A stretch of DNA of 64,000 nucleotides from IMG/VR virus record IMGVR_UViG_2671180233_000001, positions 21,041 to 85,040 of that record. The stretch is one strand, 5' to 3'. A program made the translations under genes and the position numbers. The stretch comes from a virus (lineage: Duplodnaviria; Caudoviricetes). The notes beneath the pieces were generated by a model. That model saw only the letters and a program-made list of their open reading frames with translations, was not told where the DNA came from and did not search any database. Positions 1-8,863 of the stretch are shown here, piece after piece (within the stretch, counting starts at the first letter, position 1; each line of letters opens with the position of its first letter).

Positions 1-2
1 GT

Positions 3-653
3 AGATTAATCGGTTTAAAATTATCTGAGGCGAGAAAACTTGCAAAATATACTCAATCTGAAGTAATGAAAGAAATCTTTAATACTCGGAACCCAACACA
101 AAAAAATCGGATTAGTGAAATTGAAAATGGAAAGGTTTTACCTGATGCTGAGTTATTGGTAGAGCTTTGCTTATTGTACGGCGTTTCCTGTGACTGGATT
201 CTTGGTTTTACCGTAGAGCCTGAAATTGATATCAATGCTAGTCGAGTTGGTATCTTATACAACGGTACACATCGTATGCTATCTGAAAGTATTCAACGCA
301 TTGTAGAGGCATTTTCTGAGATTGGTGCGGCCCATATGTCGAAATTACCTAATTCGTGTTTTCTTGAATTGGTTGAACAAGCAAGAAATGTAGTAACACA
401 GGTCCGGACTGGGAAATTTAGAAAGGAAGATTTTGATAATTTTGCAGCACTGGTAAAAGAGTGTGACATTAAACTCGCTCAACAAGTTTCAGCCAATCTC
501 AAGTTACTGGATAATCTGGTTGAGCGTAGTGATGAAATCGTAACGGAATCTCTTGAAGCCGGCTGTGATGCAGCAATGAAAAAAACCACTTCAAAATCTA
601 AAGTAACTCATGAGTATGTGCAGCAATTAGACGTGTTTGAGGAAATTAATTAA
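3..653 (+). CDS. XRE-family HTH transcriptional regulator, 5'-truncated by the window edge
   Basis: Frame open from base 3 (RLIGLKLSEARKLAKYTQSEV...RISEIENGKVLP...LYGVSCDWILG), a typical XRE HTH; stop overlaps the next start. Confidence 0.8.
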   Translation, partial: RLIGLKLSEARKLAKYTQSEVMKEIFNTRNPTQKNRISEIENGKVLPDAELLVELCLLYGVSCDWILGFTVEPEIDINASRVGILYNGTHRMLSESIQRIVEAFSEIGAAHMSKLPNSCFLELVEQARNVVTQVRTGKFRKEDFDNFAALVKECDIKLAQQVSANLKLLDNLVERSDEIVTESLEAGCDAAMKKTTSKSKVTHEYVQQLDVFEEIN

Positions 654-1519
654 TGGCCTCAAAAAAAAGTTATTCTGATGAAGTTTGGAACATGCTTCAC
701 TTGGTATGGGAGTCATCACCTAAAATCACATGGCAGGCTCTTGCTGATCAGGTAAGTGAAAAACTTGGTCGTGAAGTCCCTGCATCTTCTGTAATTCGTC
801 GCCGTGCGATTTCAGAGGGCTGGAAGAAAAATATCTCATCTTTGGTTGGCAAAGATGCTCAATCCCTTAATGATGAAATTGAAAAACAGGGTGGTCATAA
901 AAACTCTCATGACAATGACCCTGTCAAATCTGACACTTCAAAAAATGACAGTGAATGTCAAAATGACATTAAAAATGACAATCAAAAGTCAAAAAAATCA
1001 AAAACAAAAGATAATGACATTATCGTATTTGATAAAGAATCTGCTGGCCGGGAAAAATTAATCCACGATATCAAAGAAAGAAAACTCACAGCGGCAAAGG
1101 TCGTTCGTAAAACCCGTAATAATTTGGCAAAATTAAGCCATTTCATTACAGATACTTTAGATAGTCTTGGGGGTGTCAGAGATGAATTGCAGTCTATGGA
1201 TGTGATGACCGCTGGTGAAGCAGAGATCAATGCGATTAAATTTAAAATGTCCGTTACTTCACAGATGATCGAGCAAAACCTTAAACAGAGTATTACCATT
1301 GCCAATGTTGCTAGAACCGAGGCCATGTTCTGGGGGCTTGAAGTTGAGGACCTAAAAGATCAGAGCGAGCAGGAAGCCAAGCGCACGGCTGTTATGAATC
1401 AATCTACTGCCAAGTTGGAAGAAGCCAAACGACAAATGAAAGAGAAGAAGAAAGAAGCATTCAAAAGGCAGCTTGAATACATTGAAATGGGCAAGGAAAT
1501 CGAGGAAAATGGACAGTAG
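653..1519 (+). CDS. Probable terminase small subunit (PacA-like)
   Basis: N-terminal HTH ending IRRRAISEGWKK, typical of small terminases; coiled-coil C-terminus; internal TGACA repeat cluster. Confidence 0.6.
   Translation: MASKKSYSDEVWNMLHLVWESSPKITWQALADQVSEKLGREVPASSVIRRRAISEGWKKNISSLVGKDAQSLNDEIEKQGGHKNSHDNDPVKSDTSKNDSECQNDIKNDNQKSKKSKTKDNDIIVFDKESAGREKLIHDIKERKLTAAKVVRKTRNNLAKLSHFITDTLDSLGGVRDELQSMDVMTAGEAEINAIKFKMSVTSQMIEQNLKQSITIANVARTEAMFWGLEVEDLKDQSEQEAKRTAVMNQSTAKLEEAKRQMKEKKKEAFKRQLEYIEMGKEIEENGQ
910..1019. repeat. Cluster of TGACA/TGTCA pentamers, candidate pac site
   Basis: Eight copies at 910, 922, 931, 946, 956, 964, 976, 1015 plus TGACC at 916. Confidence 0.55.
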
Positions 1520-1717
1520 ATTAAGTAATAACCATATGTTAAGTACATTATCAAAAATAGTTATCAACTTTGATAAATTTGATTTCTAAAGATTTCTGAT
1601 CATAGAATTAAGATTCTAAGACAAGTTCTATAATTATTAAGTTAGGTTGATAGTTCCTTTGATAAGTTGATACACATCAATATGTAATAATTAATTTAAA
1701 TTTATGGAGTATTTACT

Positions 1718-2362
1718 GTGATAGTCGAGAAAATAAAACAAGCAAGCATGGTAGACTTAATATCAATAATTACACCTATAATACTTATTATTGGTTTAAT
1801 GAATAAAATTGGTATTTATACTTCTAATGAGATTAATTCAAGTTGGATTTTATCTTTTTTTTCGCCTATTGAATTTATGATTTCCGATCTCGAGGTGTAC
1901 ATATATTATGCTATAGCAATATTTTATTTAGAAAAAGTTATATTTACAACCGATAGAAGTTTTATGGTTGAGTTTTTAAATGCAAATCTTATGTTGATTT
2001 CCTCATTTGGTGGACTTTCTTTATTATATTTTTTTCAAGAAAAATCAATTAGTACAATATTTAATACTTATTTGTATATTGCATTAAGCTTAAATGGAAT
2101 AGGAATACTATTTCTCAGCAAAAAATTCGGTAAAATAATTGGCTTAATTTTAATACTTATTGTTCCATACAAATTGGGTGTTGCACATGCACATAAACTA
2201 TCAACTAAAAGTTTGCCAATAGTTGAGATTACAGACTCACATCAATGGTTCTTACTGGATAAATATTCTGACAATGTAATTCTTATAAATAAATCTGATA
2301 AAGAAAATAGATTTAAATTTATTGATATAAAAGATATAGACTCTGTTAAACAAGTATTTTAG
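1718..2362 (+). CDS. AT-rich multi-pass membrane protein (moron)
   Basis: About five hydrophobic segments; GGAG RBS before GTG start; very low GC. Confidence 0.7.
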   Translation: MIVEKIKQASMVDLISIITPIILIIGLMNKIGIYTSNEINSSWILSFFSPIEFMISDLEVYIYYAIAIFYLEKVIFTTDRSFMVEFLNANLMLISSFGGLSLLYFFQEKSISTIFNTYLYIALSLNGIGILFLSKKFGKIIGLILILIVPYKLGVAHAHKLSTKSLPIVEITDSHQWFLLDKYSDNVILINKSDKENRFKFIDIKDIDSVKQVF

Positions 2363-2369
2363 ATTTTAA

Positions 2370-2473
2370 TAGACCTCTTGCGTAAATCAAATCTTGACCA
2401 GTAAGATTCTATGTTCTATGAGAGATTGTGAAAGTTGAAAATCGATTGAAATAACACTTTCGCAAGAGGTCTA
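2370..2473. mobile_element. 104-bp MITE-like element
   Basis: Perfect 13-bp terminal inverted repeats TAGACCTCTTGCG / CGCAAGAGGTCTA, no coding capacity. Confidence 0.65.
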
Positions 2474-2564
2474 ATTTATTTTATTAAATCAGAATTTATT
2501 AAGTACAGATTCAGTTTGATTTTAATTTAAAATAAGAGTTAAGTTATAATATTAATTGTCGTTT

Positions 2565-2759
2565 CTATTCCTTAAACGTCTCATACAAAGCCTGTTGAAC
2601 AGCATCAACCCTTGATTTGCAGGCTTTATATGCTTGCATGGATTCTTCAACGATTTTCATCAGGTTATCAATGTCTGGTTCTTCCTGAGATTCAAGTAGG
2701 GCAGCATTTTTCTTTAAAATTTCGTAGCCTTCTTTAAAAGTAAGTTCTTTATTGGTCAT
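2565..2759 (-). CDS. xseB: Exodeoxyribonuclease VII small subunit
   Basis: 64-aa helical hairpin (LTFKEGYEIL...IDNLMKIVEES...CKSRV) overlapping the end of xseA. Confidence 0.85.
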   Translation of the reverse strand: MTNKELTFKEGYEILKKNAALLESQEEPDIDNLMKIVEESMQAYKACKSRVDAVQQALYETFKE

Positions 2760-4029
2760 TGTCGATTACCTTGTTAACTGTTGCTTGGATCTGACCATCT
2801 TGCATTTCAATTGAAATATCAGTGCCAGAAATTTGGTGAATTGATCTGATAGCTTTGCCGTTACTGCGTACGATTCCATAGCCTTTTGCCAGTACATTTC
2901 TAGGATTCTGTAGTAGTGTTTCACGCATTAAGGATTCTACGTTGCTATTAGCGATTTTGATCTGTTGCTGGGCAAAATAATGTGTCGTACCTTTCATCAA
3001 CTCCAGGTTTTTGGTTGCCATTGAAATTTGATTTTGGACCACGGTTTTGATTGTACCGATCAATTGCTCATTCTTATTCTGGTAATTGGCAATATGATGC
3101 TGGGAAAGTAACTTTATGGACTGTATGAAAGTAATGACTTCCTGAGCACGATCAGCGATTTGATTGCGTATACCGGCAATTACCTTGCTGGGCGTGTCGA
3201 AAGAGCGATGTGCAATTTCATCTAATATTGTCCGGTCTTTCTCATGACCAATGCCGACCCAGATTGGCACAGTTCGTTTGCACAATAAAGCGGCAAGGTC
3301 ATAGTCATTCAGATACGCCAAATCATTGACTGCACCGCCTCCGCGAATAATCACAATCAGGTCTGGTGGTGTACCATCATAATCTTTTACCCATTGGCGC
3401 AAGCCCGAGCTTAAGGACTCAATAATGCTGACAGCAGCTGTATTGCCTTGAAATGTGGCGGAATGATATACGAAATGACACACACCGGCTTTATCTAAAG
3501 CATCAGCATCTTTTTTGAAATCACCCAAGCCGGCGGCATTTTGTGGAGCAATGACCAAGACATTTTGAATATCAAATGGGACAGGGAGAAGCTTATTTTT
3601 ATTAATTAAACCTTCTTCCGTCAATCGAGCGACAATTTGCTGGTATCGTTTTGCAATATCGCCGAGTGTAAAACTGGAATCGATGTCCTCAATATTAAGT
3701 GAAAATCCATATTGTGGGTCAAATCGTGCTTTGACTTTAATGAGAACGTTCAAATCTTTGGATAATTCAATACCGCTTTCACGTTGAAATCTTAAAACAA
3801 TCTTACTTGTATGTTTCCAGATCGTTGCCCTACAACTTGCAATAACCTTATCTGTATCTTCTTCTTTTTCTGCTAATTCCAGATAATAATGTCCACCTTT
3901 TACACTTAGATTCCGGATCTCGGCTTTAACCCATACAGCTTCATCAAATGAAATCTGAATGACTTCCTTAATCGCGCTAAGGTATTCAGTTAATGAGAGT
4001 TGTTGATCTGGCATGTGTGTTGATGGCAT
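2749..4029 (-). CDS. xseA: Exodeoxyribonuclease VII large subunit
   Basis: OB fold (WVKAEI..GHYYLEL), DLIVIIRGGG, GIGHEKD, TPS and LAKGYGIV motifs. Confidence 0.92.
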   Translation of the reverse strand: MPSTHMPDQQLSLTEYLSAIKEVIQISFDEAVWVKAEIRNLSVKGGHYYLELAEKEEDTDKVIASCRATIWKHTSKIVLRFQRESGIELSKDLNVLIKVKARFDPQYGFSLNIEDIDSSFTLGDIAKRYQQIVARLTEEGLINKNKLLPVPFDIQNVLVIAPQNAAGLGDFKKDADALDKAGVCHFVYHSATFQGNTAAVSIIESLSSGLRQWVKDYDGTPPDLIVIIRGGGAVNDLAYLNDYDLAALLCKRTVPIWVGIGHEKDRTILDEIAHRSFDTPSKVIAGIRNQIADRAQEVITFIQSIKLLSQHHIANYQNKNEQLIGTIKTVVQNQISMATKNLELMKGTTHYFAQQQIKIANSNVESLMRETLLQNPRNVLAKGYGIVRSNGKAIRSIHQISGTDISIEMQDGQIQATVNKVIDNDQ

Positions 4030-4092
4030 ATAAATAATTTATCAATAGTATAAGACCTGAAAATCAGTTACAAGGATTTTGAAATAATGGGA

Positions 4093-4133
4093 TGGAACTG
4101 GCAACATTTTTCATTAAATCCATGGCTTAACCT
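4093..4133 (+). promoter_or_regulatory. Putative phage late promoter
   Basis: TGGAAC-N29-TAACCT upstream of the tape measure gene. Confidence 0.7.
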
Positions 4134-4156
4134 ATACCTAATTTAAACGTAGGGTA

Positions 4157-6220
4157 GTGCCTTTTATGGCTATAGGTGATAGTGGTTTACAATATGATAA
4201 CCAAGGCTTTCTGATTGGTGCGGTTCAGCAAAAAGTTGAAACTATTGATAAGAATATTCTGGAAATCTTAAAGCTGCTTAGGCATGACACAGTAGAACAA
4301 ACACAGCGATTTAAGATTAGCCGGTTGCAGCGTGCGATGTATGAAGCTAACTCGGCTAAGAACATTGAAGATATTATAAAAGATGCAACACAAATATTAG
4401 AAAATCAGTCTAAACAACAGATCAAAGCCATTTCTAATATGGACTCATCTAAATCTGATCAAATTGATCCAGTCCGAAATAATACTAATCAAACTAAACC
4501 TGTGGAATCAACAAGAGACAATACTCAACAGTCTGATAGAAAAAGGGACAGTAACGGTCGTTTTGTTGCTGGTGATGTTCCTGAGAGTGATGAAACTGTA
4601 GACAAACGCAATCGTGATGATAAAGGGCGATTTGTCCCTGGCACCTCAACAACAATTTCAAAGTTTGGCGATATAGTTGGGAAATTTGGACAGGCAGTAT
4701 CTGGATTAGGTACAGATGCACAAGGTTTTGATCCAACGGTTGATGCAATAAATGAACTAGGTACCGTTTTGTCGCCAGTTAAACGAATGGCTGGAATAGT
4801 ATTTAAGCCTTTGACCGGTTTGGCGAAGATGCGTAAACGTTCTGAACCATTGCCGAAAGAGCAAACTGATCATAATAAGAAACAACTTAAGATTTTGCAG
4901 CGTATCGCAGATCGCACGGGCAATAATCAGGGTGGCTTATTATCCAAACTATTGGGATCGGGTGGTGGTTTACTTGGCGGATTGTTGGGTAAAGGAGGAA
5001 AAGTATTATCCAAGATATTAAAGTTTGGTAAAGGATTACCAATTGTTGGTGGATTGCTCAGTGCCATAAGTTTGATGGATTGGGGGGATAAATCTACTGA
5101 ACAGAAAGGAGGTGCAATAGGCTCTATTGGGGGCGGTGTTGTTGGAGGTGTTTTAGGATCGGTTCTTGGTCCAGCCGGTACAATTGTAGGTGCTGGTGTT
5201 GGTGCTTGGATTGGTGACAAGCTGGGAACAACAGTTGCACCTTATTTCAAGAATTGGACTGATTCTTTGATCAAATCAGATTTAGGTCAAAAAATCGTAT
5301 CTATCTGGGATGGATTTGTAGATACAATTTCTGGGTGGTTTGATAAGGCTTGGGGCGGACTAAAATCTGGTGCTGGTGCAATTGGAGGTATGTTTAATGG
5401 TGCCTGGCAAACTGTTAAAAATATAGGCAATAAAGGACTGGATACCATTGGATTTAATGACTATAAGGCTCTAGAGGGAGGAAATGCCCAAGAAAAGACC
5501 ATGGCTTTATTGAGACAACATGAAGGTTTTCGTGAAAAAGCATATTGGGATGTGAATGCATATCGAACTGGTTATGGCAGTGATACTGTAACAGATAAGA
5601 ATGGAAATGTTCGTAAAGTTACTTCTAATACAAAGGTTTCTAGGGAAGATGCTGAGAGAGACTTGTTAAGACGTTCAAAAATTTTTGCAGCCCAAGCAAG
5701 GCGTAAAGTTGGTGGTGAAAATTGGGATAAGCTACCAGATGATGCGAAAGCAGCTTTGACTTCGGTTGCCTACAATTACGGAAGTTTGCCAAAAAGTGTT
5801 ACTAAAGCTGTTCAAACTGGGGACTTAAAAAGAATTTCTAACTCTGTTCAATCTCTAGGTGCACATAATAAAGGCATTAATAGAAAAAGACGTAACCACG
5901 AGTCTTTATTGATTCATAATGCTAAAGATAGTTCTGTTTCTACATCTCAAGTTCAGCATGGTTTATTGGCATCGACAAATAAAACAAATACTCCATTTGT
6001 TGCAAAGGCAGATACTATGCTTGCGACTGCTAACCCAGTAAATTTGAATAACCATACAGCTAAAGCAAATACACCTAAGATTGAAACAGCCAAAACTAGA
6101 TTAAATTCTACCGATCCACAAAAAGTATTGGTGGTAAATCAGTCAGATGGTAGTATTACCCAAAATTTAGGCGATCGTGCTTTAGCACACGCAATTACAG
6201 GGGGAATTGGGGAAAGATGA
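4157..6220 (+). CDS. Tape measure-like protein with lysozyme-fold domain (P1 Sit-like)
   Basis: Gly-rich amphipathic region; LLRQHEGFREKAYWDVNAYRTGYG lysozyme motif; two RDxxGRF repeats. Confidence 0.75.
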   Translation: MPFMAIGDSGLQYDNQGFLIGAVQQKVETIDKNILEILKLLRHDTVEQTQRFKISRLQRAMYEANSAKNIEDIIKDATQILENQSKQQIKAISNMDSSKSDQIDPVRNNTNQTKPVESTRDNTQQSDRKRDSNGRFVAGDVPESDETVDKRNRDDKGRFVPGTSTTISKFGDIVGKFGQAVSGLGTDAQGFDPTVDAINELGTVLSPVKRMAGIVFKPLTGLAKMRKRSEPLPKEQTDHNKKQLKILQRIADRTGNNQGGLLSKLLGSGGGLLGGLLGKGGKVLSKILKFGKGLPIVGGLLSAISLMDWGDKSTEQKGGAIGSIGGGVVGGVLGSVLGPAGTIVGAGVGAWIGDKLGTTVAPYFKNWTDSLIKSDLGQKIVSIWDGFVDTISGWFDKAWGGLKSGAGAIGGMFNGAWQTVKNIGNKGLDTIGFNDYKALEGGNAQEKTMALLRQHEGFREKAYWDVNAYRTGYGSDTVTDKNGNVRKVTSNTKVSREDAERDLLRRSKIFAAQARRKVGGENWDKLPDDAKAALTSVAYNYGSLPKSVTKAVQTGDLKRISNSVQSLGAHNKGINRKRRNHESLLIHNAKDSSVSTSQVQHGLLASTNKTNTPFVAKADTMLATANPVNLNNHTAKANTPKIETAKTRLNSTDPQKVLVVNQSDGSITQNLGDRALAHAITGGIGER

Positions 6221-7134
6221 ATAAAAAAATACTTTTAGGTTTGATATTGGGTTGCTTAAATTCATTTGCGGTTGGGAGCTCAAATGATATTGACCAGAGA
6301 TTTTATAATAATATTTTATCAAATTTAGATAATCCATATAGAATCATTACAATCAAAAAAGAATCTTTAAACAATGTTGAAAGAACTGTAATAAATTATG
6401 CTATTCGGAACTTTAAAAAGGATTTTGTAGAGTGTAATGGTAAATCATATATTCGTGGTATAGATAAGGTTTATTATGTTGTTGATTATAAGCCAACAAT
6501 TTTATTTCGAACATTTCCTACAATCAATAAAGCTGATAAGTTGAATGGCGTGGTGTGGCGCGGGGATATATTAATATTCTTATCAGGTAATAAAGGAGAA
6601 GGAGTAGCCCAAGAAGTAAAAGCTACCGATCATCAGTCTTCTAAATGGCAAGATATGAATAGACTTAGGTTGAGTCAATTTGGAAATTTTGAAGATGTGT
6701 ATAGAGGAACCTTAGTTTTTTATAAAAATGAAATACGTACATATTATGGGGATGGGATAGGTAACACTAAATCTAATGATAATAATCAGTTGGTATGTTC
6801 AGATATTAATCAACTACTGATGCCTGAGCAAAAGCATGAAACTAATATTGAAAGTGAAAAAAAATTAAATTTGGATGGTAAAGTCAGCTGGAGAACTTAC
6901 CCAAAAATAAGGCTTTCTCAGCCAGATTTATTAGGCGTAACAAACAGTAATGTGATAGTTCGTGTTGATGTTGACGTAAAGGGGCGAATAAGTGCAAAAA
7001 TTCTTGAAACCAGTGGCGATGATCAGGTTGATAAAAAAATTGTAAAAGCTGTTGAGGCTGCAAAATTTAATAAATACACTGAAAATGGAGAGCCTGCAGC
7101 ATTTTATATAGAATTACCATTTAATTTAAGTTAA
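6217..7134 (+). CDS. Exported protein with C-terminal TonB_C domain
   Basis: Signal peptide; C-terminal YP...VIVRVDVDVKGRI..KILETSGDDQVDKKIVKAV...F. Confidence 0.75.
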   Translation: MNKKILLGLILGCLNSFAVGSSNDIDQRFYNNILSNLDNPYRIITIKKESLNNVERTVINYAIRNFKKDFVECNGKSYIRGIDKVYYVVDYKPTILFRTFPTINKADKLNGVVWRGDILIFLSGNKGEGVAQEVKATDHQSSKWQDMNRLRLSQFGNFEDVYRGTLVFYKNEIRTYYGDGIGNTKSNDNNQLVCSDINQLLMPEQKHETNIESEKKLNLDGKVSWRTYPKIRLSQPDLLGVTNSNVIVRVDVDVKGRISAKILETSGDDQVDKKIVKAVEAAKFNKYTENGEPAAFYIELPFNLS

Positions 7135-7301
7135 GAGATGGCAAAGCAATAACCTAGCTTAAAACTGATGTTTGATTGAAGCTGGAAAATCAGTTTCAAG
7201 CCAAAATTTCATTGCTAAGAGTGGATATGTTAAATTTGAGGATTCATTTATTAATTAAGAGAAAGTTATCTTGGTTTAGTCACTCAGAAAACTCTTAGTT
7301 T

Positions 7302-7413
7302 TGTTATAATATAGTAATTTTAAATTTCTAGCTTTATTTTTTCAATTACAAATAAAATAGCAGGTAGGCAAACCATTCCCGCTTAGTCGCTGTTAAAAAG
7401 CTAGAAATTTAAA
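7302..7413 (+). promoter_or_regulatory. Extended -10 promoter followed by a long stem-loop leader
   Basis: TGtTATAAT at 7302-7310; perfect 17-bp inverted repeat 7319-7335 / 7397-7413. Confidence 0.55.
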
Positions 7414-7454
7414 CCTATGGGATATCCACAGGTGCAATTTTGATAGGGTGTTAA

Positions 7455-8474
7455 ATGACTTCTGAAAGCAATAGAACCGGATCTCTTGGAACGAACTATG
7501 TGGAGAAAGTCCTACTCAAATGGGGATGGGGATTTCAACCTATTTCACAAGAAAATGATGATGGATTTGACGGCATTATATATATCCGATCGAAACATTC
7601 GAATCCAAAAGATCCTGAGAATCAAAGTAAGCAATCATGGGCTTTCACAGGTGGGTTAATTCATGTACAAGTGAAAAGTGGAAATAGCTATATCAGTAGC
7701 CAAAATAGAAACGAGATAAAACTTAAGATAAATAAACTAGCTCAAAAGAAAGAAATATGGAAAAAATCTCCAATTCCATGTGTTCTAATATTTTTTTTTG
7801 AAGATGAAAATGAGAATGAATATTCATATTGGGCTGATCTAAAATCAAATGAATCATATTTTGAGGGTAGTAGTAGCATTATCAGTATCCCCAAAAAAAA
7901 TAGATTTTCAAAATCACCAGAATGCAAAGGTCCTTTAAGACGCATAGCAAGGAAACAAGGGGATTATAGTGATAAACATTTGATTGATATGGTAAAATCA
8001 GATACCTTAAATAGTATTTTGCCATCAAGTCTTAAAGGGAATATAAACTCCTCTTTAAAAAGCAAAGCTATTGAGTTTTACCAAAAATGGAAATTGAATG
8101 GTGCAATTAACCCTTACTTTGGTCAAGTAATAATTAACAGGACCGGATGGAGTCATATCACTCGCAAAGGCCGCCCTATAGCAAGAATTGAAGCCAGTTT
8201 TAATTTGTTACCTATTGCAGCTAGAATTATAAATGATGTATCCACATGGCGTATGCTAACGCCCATGAGAAGATATCAAAATAGAAAGGATGGTTATGTT
8301 TGTTATACAGATTTTATTGGATTAACAGCAAAGGTTGTTTTAAGAATGAGAAATTCCACCGAAGTTATGGTTGTATTAAAAAGAGAAACAAGATTCAAAG
8401 AAAGCGAAGGTGAAAATGATCCTGAAACCAGACTCTGGTTTTATACAGTTTACGAGCCAGGACGTGGGAAGTAA
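7455..8474 (+). CDS. DUF4365 (PD-(D/E)XK) nuclease-like domain fused to an LPD3/BECR-like domain
   Basis: N-term ENDDGFDGII...HVQVKSG; C-term KAIEFY..INPYFGQVIINRTGWSHI..R...LLPIAARII...WFYTVYE. Confidence 0.65.
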   Translation: MTSESNRTGSLGTNYVEKVLLKWGWGFQPISQENDDGFDGIIYIRSKHSNPKDPENQSKQSWAFTGGLIHVQVKSGNSYISSQNRNEIKLKINKLAQKKEIWKKSPIPCVLIFFFEDENENEYSYWADLKSNESYFEGSSSIISIPKKNRFSKSPECKGPLRRIARKQGDYSDKHLIDMVKSDTLNSILPSSLKGNINSSLKSKAIEFYQKWKLNGAINPYFGQVIINRTGWSHITRKGRPIARIEASFNLLPIAARIINDVSTWRMLTPMRRYQNRKDGYVCYTDFIGLTAKVVLRMRNSTEVMVVLKRETRFKESEGENDPETRLWFYTVYEPGRGK

Positions 8475-8475
8475 A

Positions 8476-8573
8476 TTGCGGCGGTACAATCGCGCTCAGA
8501 CTGCCCCAGACGTGATATATAATCACCGGTACCAGAAAAGGTCTGGCTCCTCTATTGTGCGTGTACCGCCTTT
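8476..8573 (-). ncRNA. Putative structured small RNA convergent on the DUF4365 gene
   Basis: Outer stem GGCGGTACA(8480-88)/TGTACCGCC(8562-70), inner stems CCAGAC/GTCTGG and GTGAT/ATCAC; minus-strand TTGACA-N16-TATTAT at 8605-8578. Confidence 0.55.
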
Positions 8574-8667
8574 GCAAATAATACTATAAAACTCTAAAGT
8601 GTCAATGAGTTAATTTGATTATCAAAGGTTTAAGTGGTGGTGAAAATCCACCAACCACACCAAATTT

Positions 8668-8696
8668 AAAGTCCGTACTCATATGCGGGCTTTTTT
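8668..8696 (+). terminator. Rho-independent terminator
   Basis: Hairpin GTCCGTA...TGCGGGC followed by T6. Confidence 0.6.
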
Positions 8697-8863
8697 ATTA
8701 TTGGAAAAAGGAATTTAGGCTTTTAAATGGTTGAAAGATATTTCTTGAGTCCAGTTAAAAACATCTAATATTTCGTGTTATTTCACTGAAATTTATATAA
8801 TATAAAGTTCAAATATTTAGATATTTTACAAATTTTCATTTAAAAACGTATAGTGAGATAGTT

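Noticed and set aside
7362-7395. GGCAAACC resembling the start of a c-di-GMP-I riboswitch, or a retron msr-msd because of the flanking inverted repeat
   Set aside because: No GAAA tetraloop or second riboswitch stem is visible, and there is no reverse transcriptase in the window
8395-8577. 60-aa minus-strand ORF as a protein antitoxin
   Set aside because: Its TTG start lies at or upstream of the predicted transcription start with no RBS; a structured RNA explains the region better, though a leaderless peptide is not excluded
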